Assembly (NCBI GenBank): GCA_030390025.1
Contig: CM059432.1
Coordinates: forward strand, 42,348,001 to 42,412,000
Length of the DNA stretch: 64,000 nt
Source: Squalus acanthias
Lineage: Eukaryota
Reading direction: 5' to 3'
Shown here: positions 13,387 to 26,467 of the stretch, in pieces
Position numbering within the stretch: position 1 is the stretch's first letter
Layout of the letters: each line of letters begins with the position of its first letter
The notes under the pieces: generated by a model
What the model saw: only the letters and a program-made list of their open reading frames with translations
Database searches by the model: none
What the model was told of the DNA's origin: nothing
Position numbers and translations under genes: made by a program

Positions 13387-14589
13387 TTACTGGTATCGCT
13401 CATTAATTATTTCATCACGTAGAGCCCGGGCACAAAGGGGTTGTCTATGTTGTAGCCTCCCTTCCTCTTCCTGTTCCTCCACTTCCTGTTGCAGTTCCTC
13501 CTCCTCCTCCACTTCCTCCTCCACCTCCTCTTCCTCATGCTCCTGCTCCTCAGCTTCTCGCCCGATCGGTGGTGGCAGGGGCTGTCCCCTCATAATGGCC
13601 AGGTTGTGCAGCATGCAGCAGACCACCACAAATGTGGATACCCACTCAGCTGTGTACTGCAGGGCTCCTCCAGAGCGGTTCAGCCAGGGGAAGTGTTGCT
13701 TGAGGACACCGATGGTGTGCTCTATAATGTTCCTTGTGGCAGTATGGCTTTCACTGTATGTCTGCTATGCACGTATGCATGATTTCTGGACCAGAGTCAT
13801 GAGTCATGTCATGAGTGGCTAACCCTTGTCGCCCAGTAGCCAGCCTTTGACTTGGTGTGGTGGGCCAAATACAGGTGGTACAGGTGACTGCCCCAGAATG
13901 AAGGAATCATGACTACTGCCAGGATAACGGGCATTCACCTGCATGATGCGCTGCCAGTGGTCACACATCAGCTGCACATTGAGGGAATAGAATCCCTTTC
14001 CATTCATGAAAATGGCTGAGTTCAGATGAGGCGCACACAAGGCAATGTGCGTGCAGTTAATGGCACCCTGGGCCATGGGGAAGCCTACAATCCATGCATA
14101 ACTTTGTGCTTGATTCTTCTGCTTGTCTCTTGCAAGGGGGAATGAGATGAAGCTGTCTCTCTGTGTATAGAGAGCCTCAGTGACCTCCCTTATGCAGCAG
14201 CGTACTGCAAACTGAGAGATGCTGCTTATATCTCCAGCAGCAGCCTGGAAATAGCCAGATGCATAAAAGTTAAGAGCCACGGTCACCTTGATAGCCACAG
14301 GCAATGCGTTCCTTGCCCTGCTTTGAGGTTGCAATTGTGGCTGTAGCAGTTGGCAGATTTCAGTCACAACCTCTTTAGTGAAGCAAAGACATCTCAAGCA
14401 TTGGTCCTCACTGAAGCTGAGGTAAGGGAATTGCTCCTTAAAGACACTCGGTGGATATGACCTCCTGCTGAGAGCCCTTGTCCCCTTCCTCCTCCTTCCT
14501 CTTCTAGCAGCTTGTCCTGCTCTCTGTGGCCTCTCTTCATTCTCCCACTCATGCTCAATTCCAAGAGGAAGGCCTACCAGGCCACCCAT
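13387..14589 (-). pseudogene. Harbinger (HARBI1-like) DDE transposase, disrupted
   Basis: MGGLVG..VTVALNFYASG..GAINCTH (first catalytic D changed to N)..SLNVQL..ARYPGSSHDSF..WLLGDKG* then a frameshift, then VVCCMLHNLA and an acidic tail. Confidence 0.9.
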
Positions 14590-15244
14590 GTCTAGAAGCA
14601 ACTTGTTTCAGCACAAGCTTTTAAATGAACAAAAAAGTACTTCAGCACCAGCCAGACCACTTCCTGTACACTATTGAAACTTTAGGCAAGTATAGGAAAG
14701 CTCCAAAAACACATACTATTGCACCAGCAGACAGAGGAAATAATCCAACAACCAATCTGTAAGTAGTTGATGATCAATGTAAGTAGTGCTGGTGGGGGAT
14801 CCTTCATGCCGTTTAACGTCGTATTCAGCTGTGTGAGGTTAATACAGGGCGTATTGATTGACGTCATAATCTGCCTGCTCTGCATGCTGCTGGTGGTCAT
14901 TAGGTGAGCACGTGTTAAACCCTTTACTAAGATGGCGTCCGGCGCATTTCCCGTCGAAAATATGCACGCACATCTTGGATGCCATTTTCAAACGCTAGGA
15001 AGCCGCTAAAAATATGAAGAAGATGTTTGTTGAAACAATCCAAATGGATTAATATCTTGCGTTACTGTTTCAGTCCAAGGATACTATAAAGAAATGCACT
15101 TTAAATCAAAGTTAATAGAGCACAAATAATTAAAAATTCATGTTAGGTTTTACACTGTTGTATGAAATCTATCTAAAAATTGTCCTCATCAAAGAGGCTG
15201 TGTCACATTACCAAAAAGGGGCAGATGTGGTATAAAAGAGGAGG

Positions 15245-15602
15245 TACTAAGTCAGAAGGTCTTGGGTTCACTTCAGGACTTGAACACATAATCTAAGATG
15301 ACACTTCAGTGCAGTACTGATGGAGAACTTCCCTTCTGCAGGTTTTGGATGAGATGTTAAACTAAGTTGCAGATGTGATGACTAGTATTTGTCCTGGCCA
15401 ATATTTATCACTCAAACAACATCACTAAAACAGATTATCTGGTCAGTTACCTCATTGCTGTTTGTGGGAGCTTGCTGTGCGCAATTTGGCTGCTGTGTTT
15501 CCTACATTACAACAGTAATTACACTTCAAAAAGTACTTCATTGGCTGTAAAGCCAATAACTTGAGGTCAGGAAAGGCGCTATATGAATGCAAGTTCCTTC
15601 TT
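15245..15602 (+). mobile_element. Deu-domain-type SINE with L2-like tail, internally deleted
   Basis: Homologous to 52858-53285 and 61683-62120. Contains GATGAGATGTTAAAC and ends GGCGCTATATGAATGCAAGTT. Confidence 0.7.
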
Positions 15603-16235
15603 TAGTCTAAATTTGCAGATGTGATGGCTCGTATAGAGCTGCAGATGTAAGTTTTACACATGCATATTTTATGTATATTAAGTAGATTTAGCTGCATCTG
15701 TACAATAATGGAAAATGGGCAAAAGTAAAGAACCAACAGGACAATTAAAGGCTTGAGATTGATCACAAACTACGAGAATGAAAATTGATCAGTTTCTATA
15801 TGTTAACTGCAGATTGTGTGACCAGCAGTACTTTGTTTCAACTTTTGTAGGGCAGAGTCCTGGCACAAAGAGTTTCATTCTGCTTCACAACAGGTCTGTG
15901 AGCAATAATATTCTAATCTGTAAGGAGAGGATAAAAAATGCATTTATGGATATATTATAAATTAACTACAGGTGCTCAAAAGATGATTTATAACATGTTT
16001 ATAAATACATTTGGGAAAGTAACAAATTGATTTAATGTATGATTTATAATGCCCTCAAACTCTCCAGCAACTCTTATTTTTCTCATACACCTTGGAAATT
16101 TCCAAAGAATTATTAGAATGTAGAAGAGTAACCCAAGGTCCTCATGCTGTGATGTAATTGAATTCATATGATAAAAATTGGACTTATGTTAGGTTACTCA
16201 CTGTCTTATATATATTAAAGCATTTTAATGACACA

Positions 16236-16520
16236 TGTGCTAACCAGGAGGGTCCCAGGTTTGATCCCCAGTCTCTGCTGAATTAGTTGATCTCACCTGA
16301 ACCAGTAGCAGGGATGCTACTTTTGGGTGGAGAGGGGAAATTAGTCAGAGTCCTCACTCCTTATTGCTATACAGCAATCCCTACGAAGGTGCATGTGTGG
16401 ATATCAGGTGAAGACCTGGCTGTGATGCCTCCAGTGGTCGATTAGCCACTTAGGACCTCACTGTCATGAATAATGACTATTTGGAAAAGGAAATGGAGAG
16501 CACCAGCACCTGTTCAAGAT
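16236..16520 (+). mobile_element. Old SINE-like repeat (second copy at ~51140-51400)
   Basis: A tRNA-like box GGTCCCAGGTTTGATCCCC. The body (CAGAGT.CT..TCCT.ATTGCTA..GCATGTGT.GA..GCTGTGATGC..GGT.GATTAGC) recurs at 51165-51280. Confidence 0.45.
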
Positions 16521-16840
16521 TCACCGGCAGCAGCAGCGAGAGCGGCCCTGGGTGGAGACTGAGCGCAGAAACCGAGGATTTAAGGAGCGGGGAGAGAGAG
16601 AAGTAAAAAGTAATCGAAGTGTGACATCACCAGAAAGCAGATAAGTGATTGGTTGGTGCGTATTTTCTCTCTTTCTCGCTTTTTTCCAAACTTAAATTTT
16701 GTGGTTTATAGTTTCTAGGGTCTCTGTTGAGTAGTGGAGAGTGCTAGTAAACAAGGGCCCTTGAGTATATCATTTAATTGTAGTGTAATTAGTGGTATTG
16801 ATTTGATTTAATTGAATTTGAATTAATTAAAGGGTAAGTC

Positions 16841-17750
16841 ATGGCAGCACAGCTCAGCCCCGTGGCATGCTCCTCCTGCACTATGTGGGAAATCAGGGAC
16901 ACTTCCTGTGTCCCTGGCGACCATGTGTGCGGGAAGTGTATCCAGCTGCAGCTACTGGCAGACCGCATTGCGGCGCTGGAGCTGCAAATGGATAGATACT
17001 GGAGCATTCGCGATGCTGAGGACATCGTGGATAGCACGTTTAGGGAGTTGGTCACACTGCAGATAAAGGCTGCATAGGCAGGAAGGGAATGGGTGACCGC
17101 CAGGCAGAATAGTAGGCGCAGGCAGGTAGTGCAGGGGTCCCCTTGTTGGGGGAGATGGCTTATCGGGGAAATGCAGCAGTAGCCAACTTCCTGGCACCAT
17201 GGGTGGTTCTGCTGCACAGGACGGGAGGAAAAAGAGTGGGAGAGCTATAGTGATAGGGGATTCTATTGTAAGGGGAATAGATAGGCGTTTCTGCGGCCGC
17301 AAACGAGACTTCAGGATGGTATGTTGCCTCCCTGGTGCAAGGGTCAAGGATGTCTCAGAGCAGCTGCAGGGCATTCTGGAGGGGGAGGGTGAACAGCCAG
17401 TTGTCGTGGTGCATATAGGTATCAACGAAAGTAGGTAAAAAATGGGATGAGGTCCTAAAAGCTGAATATAGGGAGTTAGGATGTAAATTAAAAAATAGGA
17501 CCTCAAAGGTAGTAATCTCAGGATGGCTACCAGTGCCACGTGCTAGTCAGAGTAGAAATAGAAGGATATTTCAGATGAATACGTGGCTAGAGGAATGGAG
17601 CAAGGGGGAGGGATTCAAATTCCTGGGACATTGGAACTGGTTCTGGGGAAGGTGGGACCAGTACAAACTGGACGGTTTGCACCTGGGCAGGACCGGGACC
17701 GATGTCCTAGGGGGAGTGTTTGCTAGTGCTGTTGGGTAGGGTTTAAACTA
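16841..17750 (+). pseudogene. CR1 ORF1 (zinc finger, coiled coil, SGNH esterase), disrupted
   Basis: CSSC..CGKC, LADRIAALELQM, VIGDSIVRG, VVHIGIN and DGLHL, broken by in-frame stops and frameshifts. Confidence 0.88.
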
Positions 17751-17858
17751 AAATGGCAGGGGGTTGGGAACCTGTGCAGGGAGACAGAGGAAAGAGAAGC
17801 AAGGATAGAAACAAAAGACAGGAAGGAGAAAAGCAAAAGTGGAAGGCAGAGAAATCAA

Positions 17859-20223
17859 GTGTGTAAATCAAACAGGGCCACAGTAAATAATAATTCTAAA
17901 AGGACTAAGAGTGTTAAAAAAACAAGCCTCAAGGCTTTGTGTCTTAATGCGAGGAGCATTCATAATAAGGTGGATGAATTAGCTGCGCAAATAGATGTAA
18001 ATGGATATGATATAATTGGGATTACGGAGACATGGCTCCAGGGTGACCAAGGCTGGGAATTCAACATCCAGGGGTATTCAATATTCAGGAAGGACAGGTA
18101 CAGGCAAAAAGGAAAAGGAGGTGGGGTAGCATTGCTGGTTAAAGAGGAGATTAACACAATAGTAAGGAAGGATATTAGCTCTGATGATGTGGAATCTGTA
18201 TGGGTAGAGCTGAGAAATACCATGGGGCAGAAAACGTTAGTGGGAGTTGTATACAGACCCCCAAACAGTAATGCTGAGGTTGGGGATGGCATTAAACAGG
18301 AAATTAGAGATGCGTGCAATAAGGGCACAGCAGTTATCATGGGTGACTTTAATCTGCATATAGATTGGGCTAACCAAATTAGTAATAATACTGTGGAGGA
18401 GGAATTCCTAGAGTGTATACGGGATGGTTTCCTGGACCAATATGTCGAGGAACCAACTAGATATCAGGCCATCTTAGATTGGGTATTATGTAATGAGAAA
18501 GGATTGATTAGCAATCTTGTTGTGCGATGCCCCTTGGGGAGGAGCGATCATAATATGATAGAATTCTTCATTAAGATGGAGAGTGAAGTAGTTGACTCAG
18601 AGACTAGGGTCCTGAATTTAAATAAAGGAAACTACGATGGTATGATTCGCGAGTTGGCTAGGATGGATTGGGGAATGTTACTTAAAGGGTTGACAGTGGA
18701 TAGGCAATGGCAAACATTTAAAGATCGCATGGATCAACTACAGAATTTGTTCATCCTTGTCTGGCATAAAAATAAAACAAAAAAGGTGGCGCAACCATGG
18801 CTAACAAGGGAAATTAGGGATAGCATAAGATCCAAGGAGAGGACCTATAAATTGGCCAGAAAAAGCAGCAAACCTGAGGATTGGGAGCAGTTTAGGAGGA
18901 CAAAGGGCTTAATTAAGAGGGGGAAAATAGAGTATGAGAGTAAGCTTTCAGGGAACACAAAAACTGACTGTAAAAGCTTCTATAGATATGTGAAGAGAAA
19001 AAGATTGGTGAAGTCAAGCGTAGGCCCCTTGCATTCAGAATCAGGGAAATTTATAATGGGGAGCAAAGAAATGGCTGACCAATTAAATACATACTTTGGT
19101 TCTGTCTTCACAAAGGAGGACACAAATAACCTCCCAGAGATGTCGGGGAACATAGGGTCTAATGAGAGGGAGGAACTGAATGAAATCATTATTTGTAGGC
19201 AAATGTGTTAGGCAAATTGACGGGATTGAAGGCCGATAAATCCCCAGGGCCTGATAATCTACATCCTAGGGTACTTAAGGAAGTGGCCCTAGAAATAGTA
19301 GATGCATTGCTGGTCATCTTCCAAAATTCTAAAGACTCTGGCATAGTTCCCATGGATTGGAGGGTAGCTAATGTAACCCCACTATTTAAAAAAGGTGGTA
19401 GAAAGAAAACAGGGAATTATAGACCAGTAAGCCTGACATCGGTAGTGGGAAAAATACTAGAGTCCATTATAAAAGATGTAATAGCAGAGCACTTGGAAAA
19501 CAGTGACAGGATCGGACAAAATCAACATGGATTTACAAAAGGTAAATCGTGCTTGACTAATCTACTGGAATTTTTTGAGGATGTAACTGGTAGAATAGAT
19601 AAGGGAGAACCAGTGGATGTGGTGTATTTGGACTTTCAGAAGGCTTTCGATAAGGTCCCGCATAAGAGATTAGCGTGTAAAGTTAAAGCACATGGGATTG
19701 GGGGTAAGGTACTGACTTGGATAGAGAACTGGTTGGCAAACAGGAAGCAAAGTGTTGGAATAAACGGGTCTTTTTCCGAGTGGCAGGCAATGACTAGTGG
19801 GATACCGCAGGGATCGGTGCTAGGACCCCAGCTATTCACAATATATATTAATGATATAGACAAGGGAACTAGATGTAATATCTCCAAGTTTGCAGACGGC
19901 ACAAAGCTGGGTGGGTGTGTGTGCTGTGAGGAGGATGCCGAGAAACTCCAGTATGATTTGGACAGGTTGGGTGATTAGGCAGATGCATGGCAGATGCAGT
20001 ATAATGTGGATAAATGCATGTTCTTGGCATGGAGGGAGTGCAGCGAAGATTCACCAGACTGATACCTGGGATGGCAGGAATGACGTATGAGGAGAGATTG
20101 GGTCGATTGGGCTTATATTCGCTGGAGTTTAGAAGAATGAGAGGGGATCTCATTGAAACTTATAAAATTCTAACAGGACTAGACAGACTAGATGCAGGAA
20201 GGATGTTCCCGATGGCGGGGTAG
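17859..20223 (+). pseudogene. CR1 ORF2 (APE endonuclease + reverse transcriptase), disrupted
   Basis: [43 protein letters not shown] and FADG. There is a frameshift at ~19205, a stop at 19978 and an internal deletion at ~20015. Confidence 0.95.
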
Positions 20224-21398
20224 TCCAGAACCAGGGGTCACAGTCTAAGTATAAGGGGTAAGCCATTTAGGACAGAGATGAGGAGGAAGTTCTTCACCCA
20301 GAGAGTGGTGAACCTGTGGCATTTTCTACCAGAAAAGGCAGTTGAGGCCAATTCATTAAATATATTCAAGAAGGAGTTAGATATATTTCTTAAGGCTAAA
20401 GGGATCAAGGGATATGGGGAGAAAGCAGGGACAGGGTACTGTATTTGGATGATCAGCCATGATCTCATTAAATGGCGGAGCAGGCTCGAGGGGCCGAATG
20501 GCCTATTCCTGCTCCTATCTTATCTGTTTCTATGTTTCAACGTATTCAGGAGTGGGGGGGGGGGAGTTGAGGGGTAGCAAAGAAAGTTGCTGAGGGAAAA
20601 AAGAGACGAAAAAAAGAAACAAATCTGTATGTAGTGTAAGATAAAAAGGGTAGTATTCAGACAACTATCCGTTATAGAATGTCAGAACACACCAGTAACT
20701 GACACCTTCAGGACCCTGGTAAGAGATTTACACCAAAAACACATTTTACAATTTTCCAGCTGGTTCAAAACTAATAGAATGACTGAAAATAGGGCCCTCA
20801 AGGTTGACTATTACTGAACTTAGTTTCTTTTGGGAGTGTTGTCAGTTCTTGGAACTGGCTACTCCACTGAAGCCAGCCATTCAATTTGGGAGCACTGTTT
20901 GACCCAGCTTGACTTTGGCTCAGATCACACCGTCAGGGTGCCCCATTGGCGATGGTAATGGAGGTGACTGTCACCCAACTGTTCATCACGTCCTGCTGCA
21001 AGAGGCTCCATGTTCATAAGTGTCCTGAAATTTAGGGAGATCTAAACTAAGAAAATGTTTTGTTTTCACCCGGTTCAAACCTTACTTCATAGTAGGTAAT
21101 AATTACAGAGGCTGGAATTTTTACCGTGGAGTCGGGTCAGGTGCGTGTGGTCTGCGTAGCGGGTTGGGAATGCGATGTTCTGCTCAGTGCGTTCTTCAGG
21201 GCGACTTTAACTTAATGGCCCCACTTATAGCAGTCATGTGCGTTTCCCGGCCCAATTAAATGGAGTGGGGCTGATGAAGTCATCGATGACTCGTTTCCAG
21301 CACCAATATTTAAAGCAGCCTTGCACACAACTCATTTGAAGGTTGCTAGTGTGGAAGCTGAAATACAAAGGGCTGAGTACTGTTCTAAATTATCAGTG

Positions 21399-23923
21399 AT
21401 GGATAGTCAAAGGCAGAGGGCTGCACCACAATTTTCTGACACATCCCTGCATACTCTGGTGGAGGCAGGGAGAGCACGCAGGGAGGTCGTGTTCCCTGCA
21501 GGTAGGCGCAGGAGACTTCTAAAAGACACCAAAAGAGCCTGGCTGGATATAACAGAGGAGGTCAGCAGCAGGGATGTGGTCAGGAGGAGCAGGATCCAGT
21601 GCAGGAAACTATTCAATGATCTCCTGAGGTCAGGAAAGGTGAGTGCAATGCTACACCCACCTTCATCCTGATGTGCCTGTCACCACATCCACATCACTCT
21701 GCCTTCCCTACCCTACTCCTGCACATCATTCCTCACACCAACATACCTTGCACGTCCACCTATCCCTCTCTCTATGTACATACTCACATCCCCATCGGAC
21801 TAACCACCCCTGACACTCACCCTCATCCTAATGCAATTATAGCAAGTAACACCACAGAAGGAGGCCATTTGGCATTGTCACCCCACTCTCTCGTAGTCAC
21901 CCTATACAGATGTGACCCAACCATTTCTTACATTCATTCCATCACTCTCACTCAAAGTTCTCTTCTTTCCCTCCTTGCAGGAGAAAAGAGCCCATAACAT
22001 GCGGGAGATGCAGAGAACCAGAGGTGGCCCTTCAGTATTCACCCAACTAACACCAGCACAGGTGGGGGCCCTGGAGATATCGGGATTTGCAGAGCTGCTG
22101 GCAGTGGGAGATGGAGAGAGGTGCCCATCCCAACAACCTAGTGACAGAATTACATCTCAATCAGCCACATGGCATACAACAGTCACTCATATGGTGACTG
22201 ACATCAGCAGCCAGTGAAATGTCATCATGTGCATAATGGTAACGTAAGAACATAAGAAATAGGAGCAGGAGTAGGCCATTTGGCCCTTCGAGCCTGCTCC
22301 GCCATTCAATAAGATCATGGCTGATTTTCTACCTCATCTCCACTTTCCTGCACTATCCCCATATCCCTTAATTCCCTTAATATTCAAAAATCTATCGATC
22401 TCTGTCTTGAATATACTCAACGACTGAGCCTCCACAACCCTCTGGGGTAGAGAATTCCAAAGATTCACCACCCTCTGAATGAAGAAATTTCTCCTCATCT
22501 CAGTCCTAAATGGCCGACCCCTTATTCTGAGACTGTGACCCCTGGTTCCAAACTCCCCAGCCATGGGAAACATCCTCCCTGCATCTACCCTGTCAAGTCC
22601 TGTAAGAATTTTGTATGTTTCAATGAGATCACCTCTCATTCTTCTAAACTCTAGAGAATATAGGCCTAGTCTACTCAATCTCTCCTCATAGGACAATCCC
22701 CCCATCCCAGGAATCAGTCTGGTGAGCCTTCGTTCCACTCCCTCTGTGGCAAGTATATCCTTCCTTAGGTAAGGAGACCAAAACTGTACACAATACTCCA
22801 GGTGTGGTCTCACCAGGGCCCTATATAATTGCAGTAAGACGTCTTTACTCTTATACTCAAATCCCCTTGTAATAAGGGCCAACATAACATTTGCTTTCCT
22901 AATTGCTTGCTGTACCTGCATGTTAACTTTCAGTGATTCATGTACAAGGACACCCAGGTCCCTCTGAACACCAACATTTCCCAATCTCTCACCATTTAAA
23001 AAATACTCTGCTTTTCTATTTTCCTACCAAAGTGGATAACTTCACATTTCTCCACATTATATTCCATTTGCCATGTTCTTGCCTATTCACTTAGCCTGTC
23101 TATATCCCCTTGAAGCCTCCTTGCATCCTCCTCATAACTTACATTCCCACCCAGCTTTGTATCATCAGCAAATTTGGATATATTACATTTGGTCCCCTCA
23201 TCCAAATCATTGATGTAGATTATGAATAGCTGAGGCCCAAGCACTGATCCTTGCGGTACCCCACTAGTTACAGCCTGCCAACCCGAAAATGACCCGTTTA
23301 TTCCTACTCTCTGTTTTCTGTCCGTTAACCAATCCTCAATCCATGCTGGTATATTACCGCCAATCCATGAGTCCTAATATTGTTTAATAACCTCTTGTGT
23401 GGCACCTTATCGAATGCCTTCTGAACGTTACCCATTCTTATTATAACACTTCTAATTAATCTCTTTACTCTCCCATTGGTCCATCAAGTGCCCCCCCCCC
23501 CCCACCCACTGTCCCCAGTCAGAGGGTGAAGACGGCTCCTCAGAGGAAGCTTCACCTCTGCAAGGTGCTCTCCAGCTCCTTGCTAGCAGGGAAGTGCGGG
23601 TGGCCCATGAGAGGGATGATGGTGAGAGGGGACATGCAAGTGGGGGCTCTTCTCAAAGCGCTCACACTTCTCCCCCATTGCCTCCCCCTCAGTCAGTGCC
23701 CCACATGCTTCCTCGGATCCCAATGGCCAAGTTTGCCCCTGCACAGACGCAGGAGGAGCAGACTTTGGCGGGGCCATCACAGGCTCCAAAACCCAGAGGA
23801 CGTCTGCCAAAAATGTCTAACGAGTTGCAGCAGGGAAATGAGCAGCCTGCCTCTACTTCTGCTGAAGCTACAGGGGTTGCACCTCGTAGAAGCACTCGGA
23901 AAAGAAAAAAGACACAAAAGTAG
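21399..23923 (+). pseudogene. Harbinger Myb/SANT-like gene, interrupted by CR1
   Basis: Exon 1 21399-21638 (MDSQRQRAAPQFSD..W..IQCRKLFNDLLRSGK|gtgagt). Exon 2 starts at 21981 (ttgcag|EKRAHN). The last-exon remnant ends AGPSQAPKPRGR..RRSTRKRKKTQK*. Confidence 0.8.
22246..23423 (-). mobile_element. 5'-truncated CR1 LINE
   Basis: RT C-terminal ORF 22334-22984 (RDLGV..RPHLEYCVQFWSP..RRMRGDLIETYKI), an (AAGAACAT) tail, and a candidate AACGT TSD at 22241-22245 / 23424-23428. Confidence 0.93.
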
Positions 23924-25706
23924 ATGCACACGGGTATGCACATGGGTGCATGAACAAATGTTACTGTTAAGTTTCAGTTAATTTTGTGACACACATAAAT
24001 GTCTTTTTTTGCACCACTTTCTGGTCTTGTCCATTTTTGCCTGCTACCTTGGAAGCGGTTTTGTCACTTGGAGTGAATGGTGAGACATTACTTAACCTCG
24101 AGCACTGGGGGTTTGGGTGAGAGGAATGGCTGGTCATTGTAGGGATGCTTTATGGTGTTGTTGGGGGGGTAACTTAGTACAGCATGTGGCAGCCATGTGG
24201 CTGCTCTGGAGCAAGTTAAGTAAATCTGGCCATGATGAGGCCATCCTAGGCCTCCCGGGCAGCAATGTGCGCCACTGCTGGTGCCATCTCCACCTCAGGT
24301 TCCTCCTCCTGCTCCTCCTCACTGCTGTGCTATGTTGTGCAGCGCGCAGCAAATGACTATGATTCTGGAGATCCTGGCTGGTGCGTACTGAAGGGCGCCT
24401 CCAGATCTGTCAAGGCATCTGGAGCGCATCATCAGCATGCCTATTGCTTGCTCTATGACACATCTGATGGCATGTGGCTCTCATTATAACGCTCCTCGGC
24501 CTCAGTACTTGGCGTCCTCAAGAGTGTCATGAGCCACGTCTTCAGTGGATAGCCCTTGTCTCCAAACAGCCAGCCGATAAGTCTGTTTGGAGTAGCGAAG
24601 AGCTGAGGGAGGGTGGACTGGCACAACATGAAAGAGTCATGACAGCTGCCAGGGAATCTGCTGCACTCATGCATAATTATCTTTTTATGGTTGCAGACAA
24701 GCTGCACATTGAGGGAGTGGAAGCCCTTGCGGTTCACAAACACTCCTGGGTGATGCGGGGGTGCCTTCATGGCCACATGTGTGCAGTCGATGACGCCCTG
24801 CACCTGTGGGAAGACAGCCAGAACCGCAAAGCCGAGCGCCCGCTCAGTCGTCATCGCGTTGTGTTGCTACACCTTCCCTCGCCACTGTTCCACGCAGGCT
24901 CTGGCTTGAGAGTTGAAGTCCCTCAGATTTTTAGGTCTGCATGGCTGTGGTAGTAGAAGGCATTCTAGGAGATGCTCCATTGTTTGAAATGCCTCTCCGC
25001 AGTCACAGTCGGTAGTATCAATTTGGCTGTATCCCCACTTCTGCATGAGGGCTCTGCAGCAGCCAATACCAGTCCTGAGGCAATTGAGACACAGCCAAGT
25101 AGGCCAAGTCTCACTGGCTCCTGTTGGAAGAGATTCCTCTGTATCAAAAGATAGCTTGTGTGGCTTGTCTGCAGATCCTTTGACCAAGCATCTAGTCTAC
25201 AGCTGTGGGAATTACATTCCAAGGGCTGGACAGCATGTAAGAAACTGCTCCTGGAATTGAGCCTCTTAGTTGCTGGCTCGAATTGAAAAAGTGGATGACG
25301 GGGATCACCTTTCCACTCTTGATGAAACTCGCTTTCTTATGAAAGGTGGGGCAATACCAGCAAGCAGGTAAAGATCATCCACCTTCATAGGTTTCAGGCA
25401 GCCAGAAATAGCACTATGGGCTGCATTGAGGACTGGATCCATCTTCTTGGCATGTGAGGAGCGTTCCCAGACTGGACAGGCATATTCAGCTGCTGAATAG
25501 CACAGGGCAAGGGCAATAGTTTGTAAGGTCCTTGGGTCAGTTTCCCATTTAGAGTTGGACAACTTCCTTAAGAAGTTGTTTCTGGCTCCCACCTTCGACT
25601 TTGCTTTGATGACATGATCTTTGGAGTTGAGGGCACGATCTAATGTTACGCCAAGGTATATTGGCTTAGAGTTGTTTGCCAGTCTTCGCCCATACCACCA
25701 GACATT

Positions 25707-26467
25707 GGCCCAGAAATTGGACTTCGATGGTTGCCGCGGGGGTAAGGATCCCCCGCGATATCGCACTCCGCGCCTGCCTTTATGGTTTTGGCCCACATGA
25801 ACTTCTGCTCCTGGGCCTCTCCCTGGTGCCGGCGCGCAGTGTGTGCGTGTCCCAGAGGCGCAGTTAGTTCGATGCGACCACTGGGATCACGTGGGCCAGT
25901 TAGAGCCAATGGCAGCACACCATCTTTCATTCATAGTTTTGACAGGAGAACTGTCAAAGCTATGAATACAACTTGCCCCCAAAAGAACAGCTAAACCTCA
26001 ATTAAATTAAAAAAAACATCACATTAATAAAATAACTATAGTTAAATAAATTAACCACTTTAAACAAAAATTTAAATTTTTGAAAAAATTTAAATTCTTT
26101 TTAAAAGTTATAAAAATAAACTTACCTTTCTTTAAAGTCTCTAAAAAAGATAAACCTGTTGAAAAATTTTTAAAATAATACTTAATTAACTACTTACCTT
26201 GTTAAAAGGGGGTCTTACGCCTCCTTTCTTCATGTGTAAAATCTTCAACACTTACCTTCGCGTTCAAACCTGGAAAAAAAACTAAGTGTGCTGCGTGCGC
26301 GCAGCCTGTAGTGCGCACGCAGTTCACTTAGGAACCGCCCCCTTCGCAATATCGGAAGTGCCGGTTTCCCGCGCATGCGCAGTGCATGCAGGAAACCGGC
26401 ACTTCGGGACCGAATATGGGTGAGTACACAGTGCGTACTCTCCCGTATTCGGACGAATTTCTGGGCC
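25707..26467. mobile_element. Non-autonomous Harbinger-type MITE, 761 bp
   Basis: Perfect 12-bp TIRs GGCCCAGAAATT / AATTTCTGGGCC and an ATT TSD (25704-25706, 26468-26470). Removing it restores the LINE reading ANREHN-VWWYGRRL. Confidence 0.93.

Larger units (their letters stand above)
11098..15010. mobile_element. Near full-length, decayed PIF/Harbinger transposon
   Basis: The left end GGGGGCGATATTGG resembles the element at 51. It carries convergent Myb-like (+) and transposase (-) genes. The right TIR was not recognised. Confidence 0.88.
16525..20538 (+). mobile_element. Near full-length CR1 LINE (5' UTR, ORF1, ORF2, 3' tail), inactivated
   Basis: ORF1 and ORF2 motifs are given in the next two entries. 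The 3' UTR has GGCCGAATGGCCTA.TCCTGCTCCT and a (TTTCTATG)-type tail. Confidence 0.95.
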
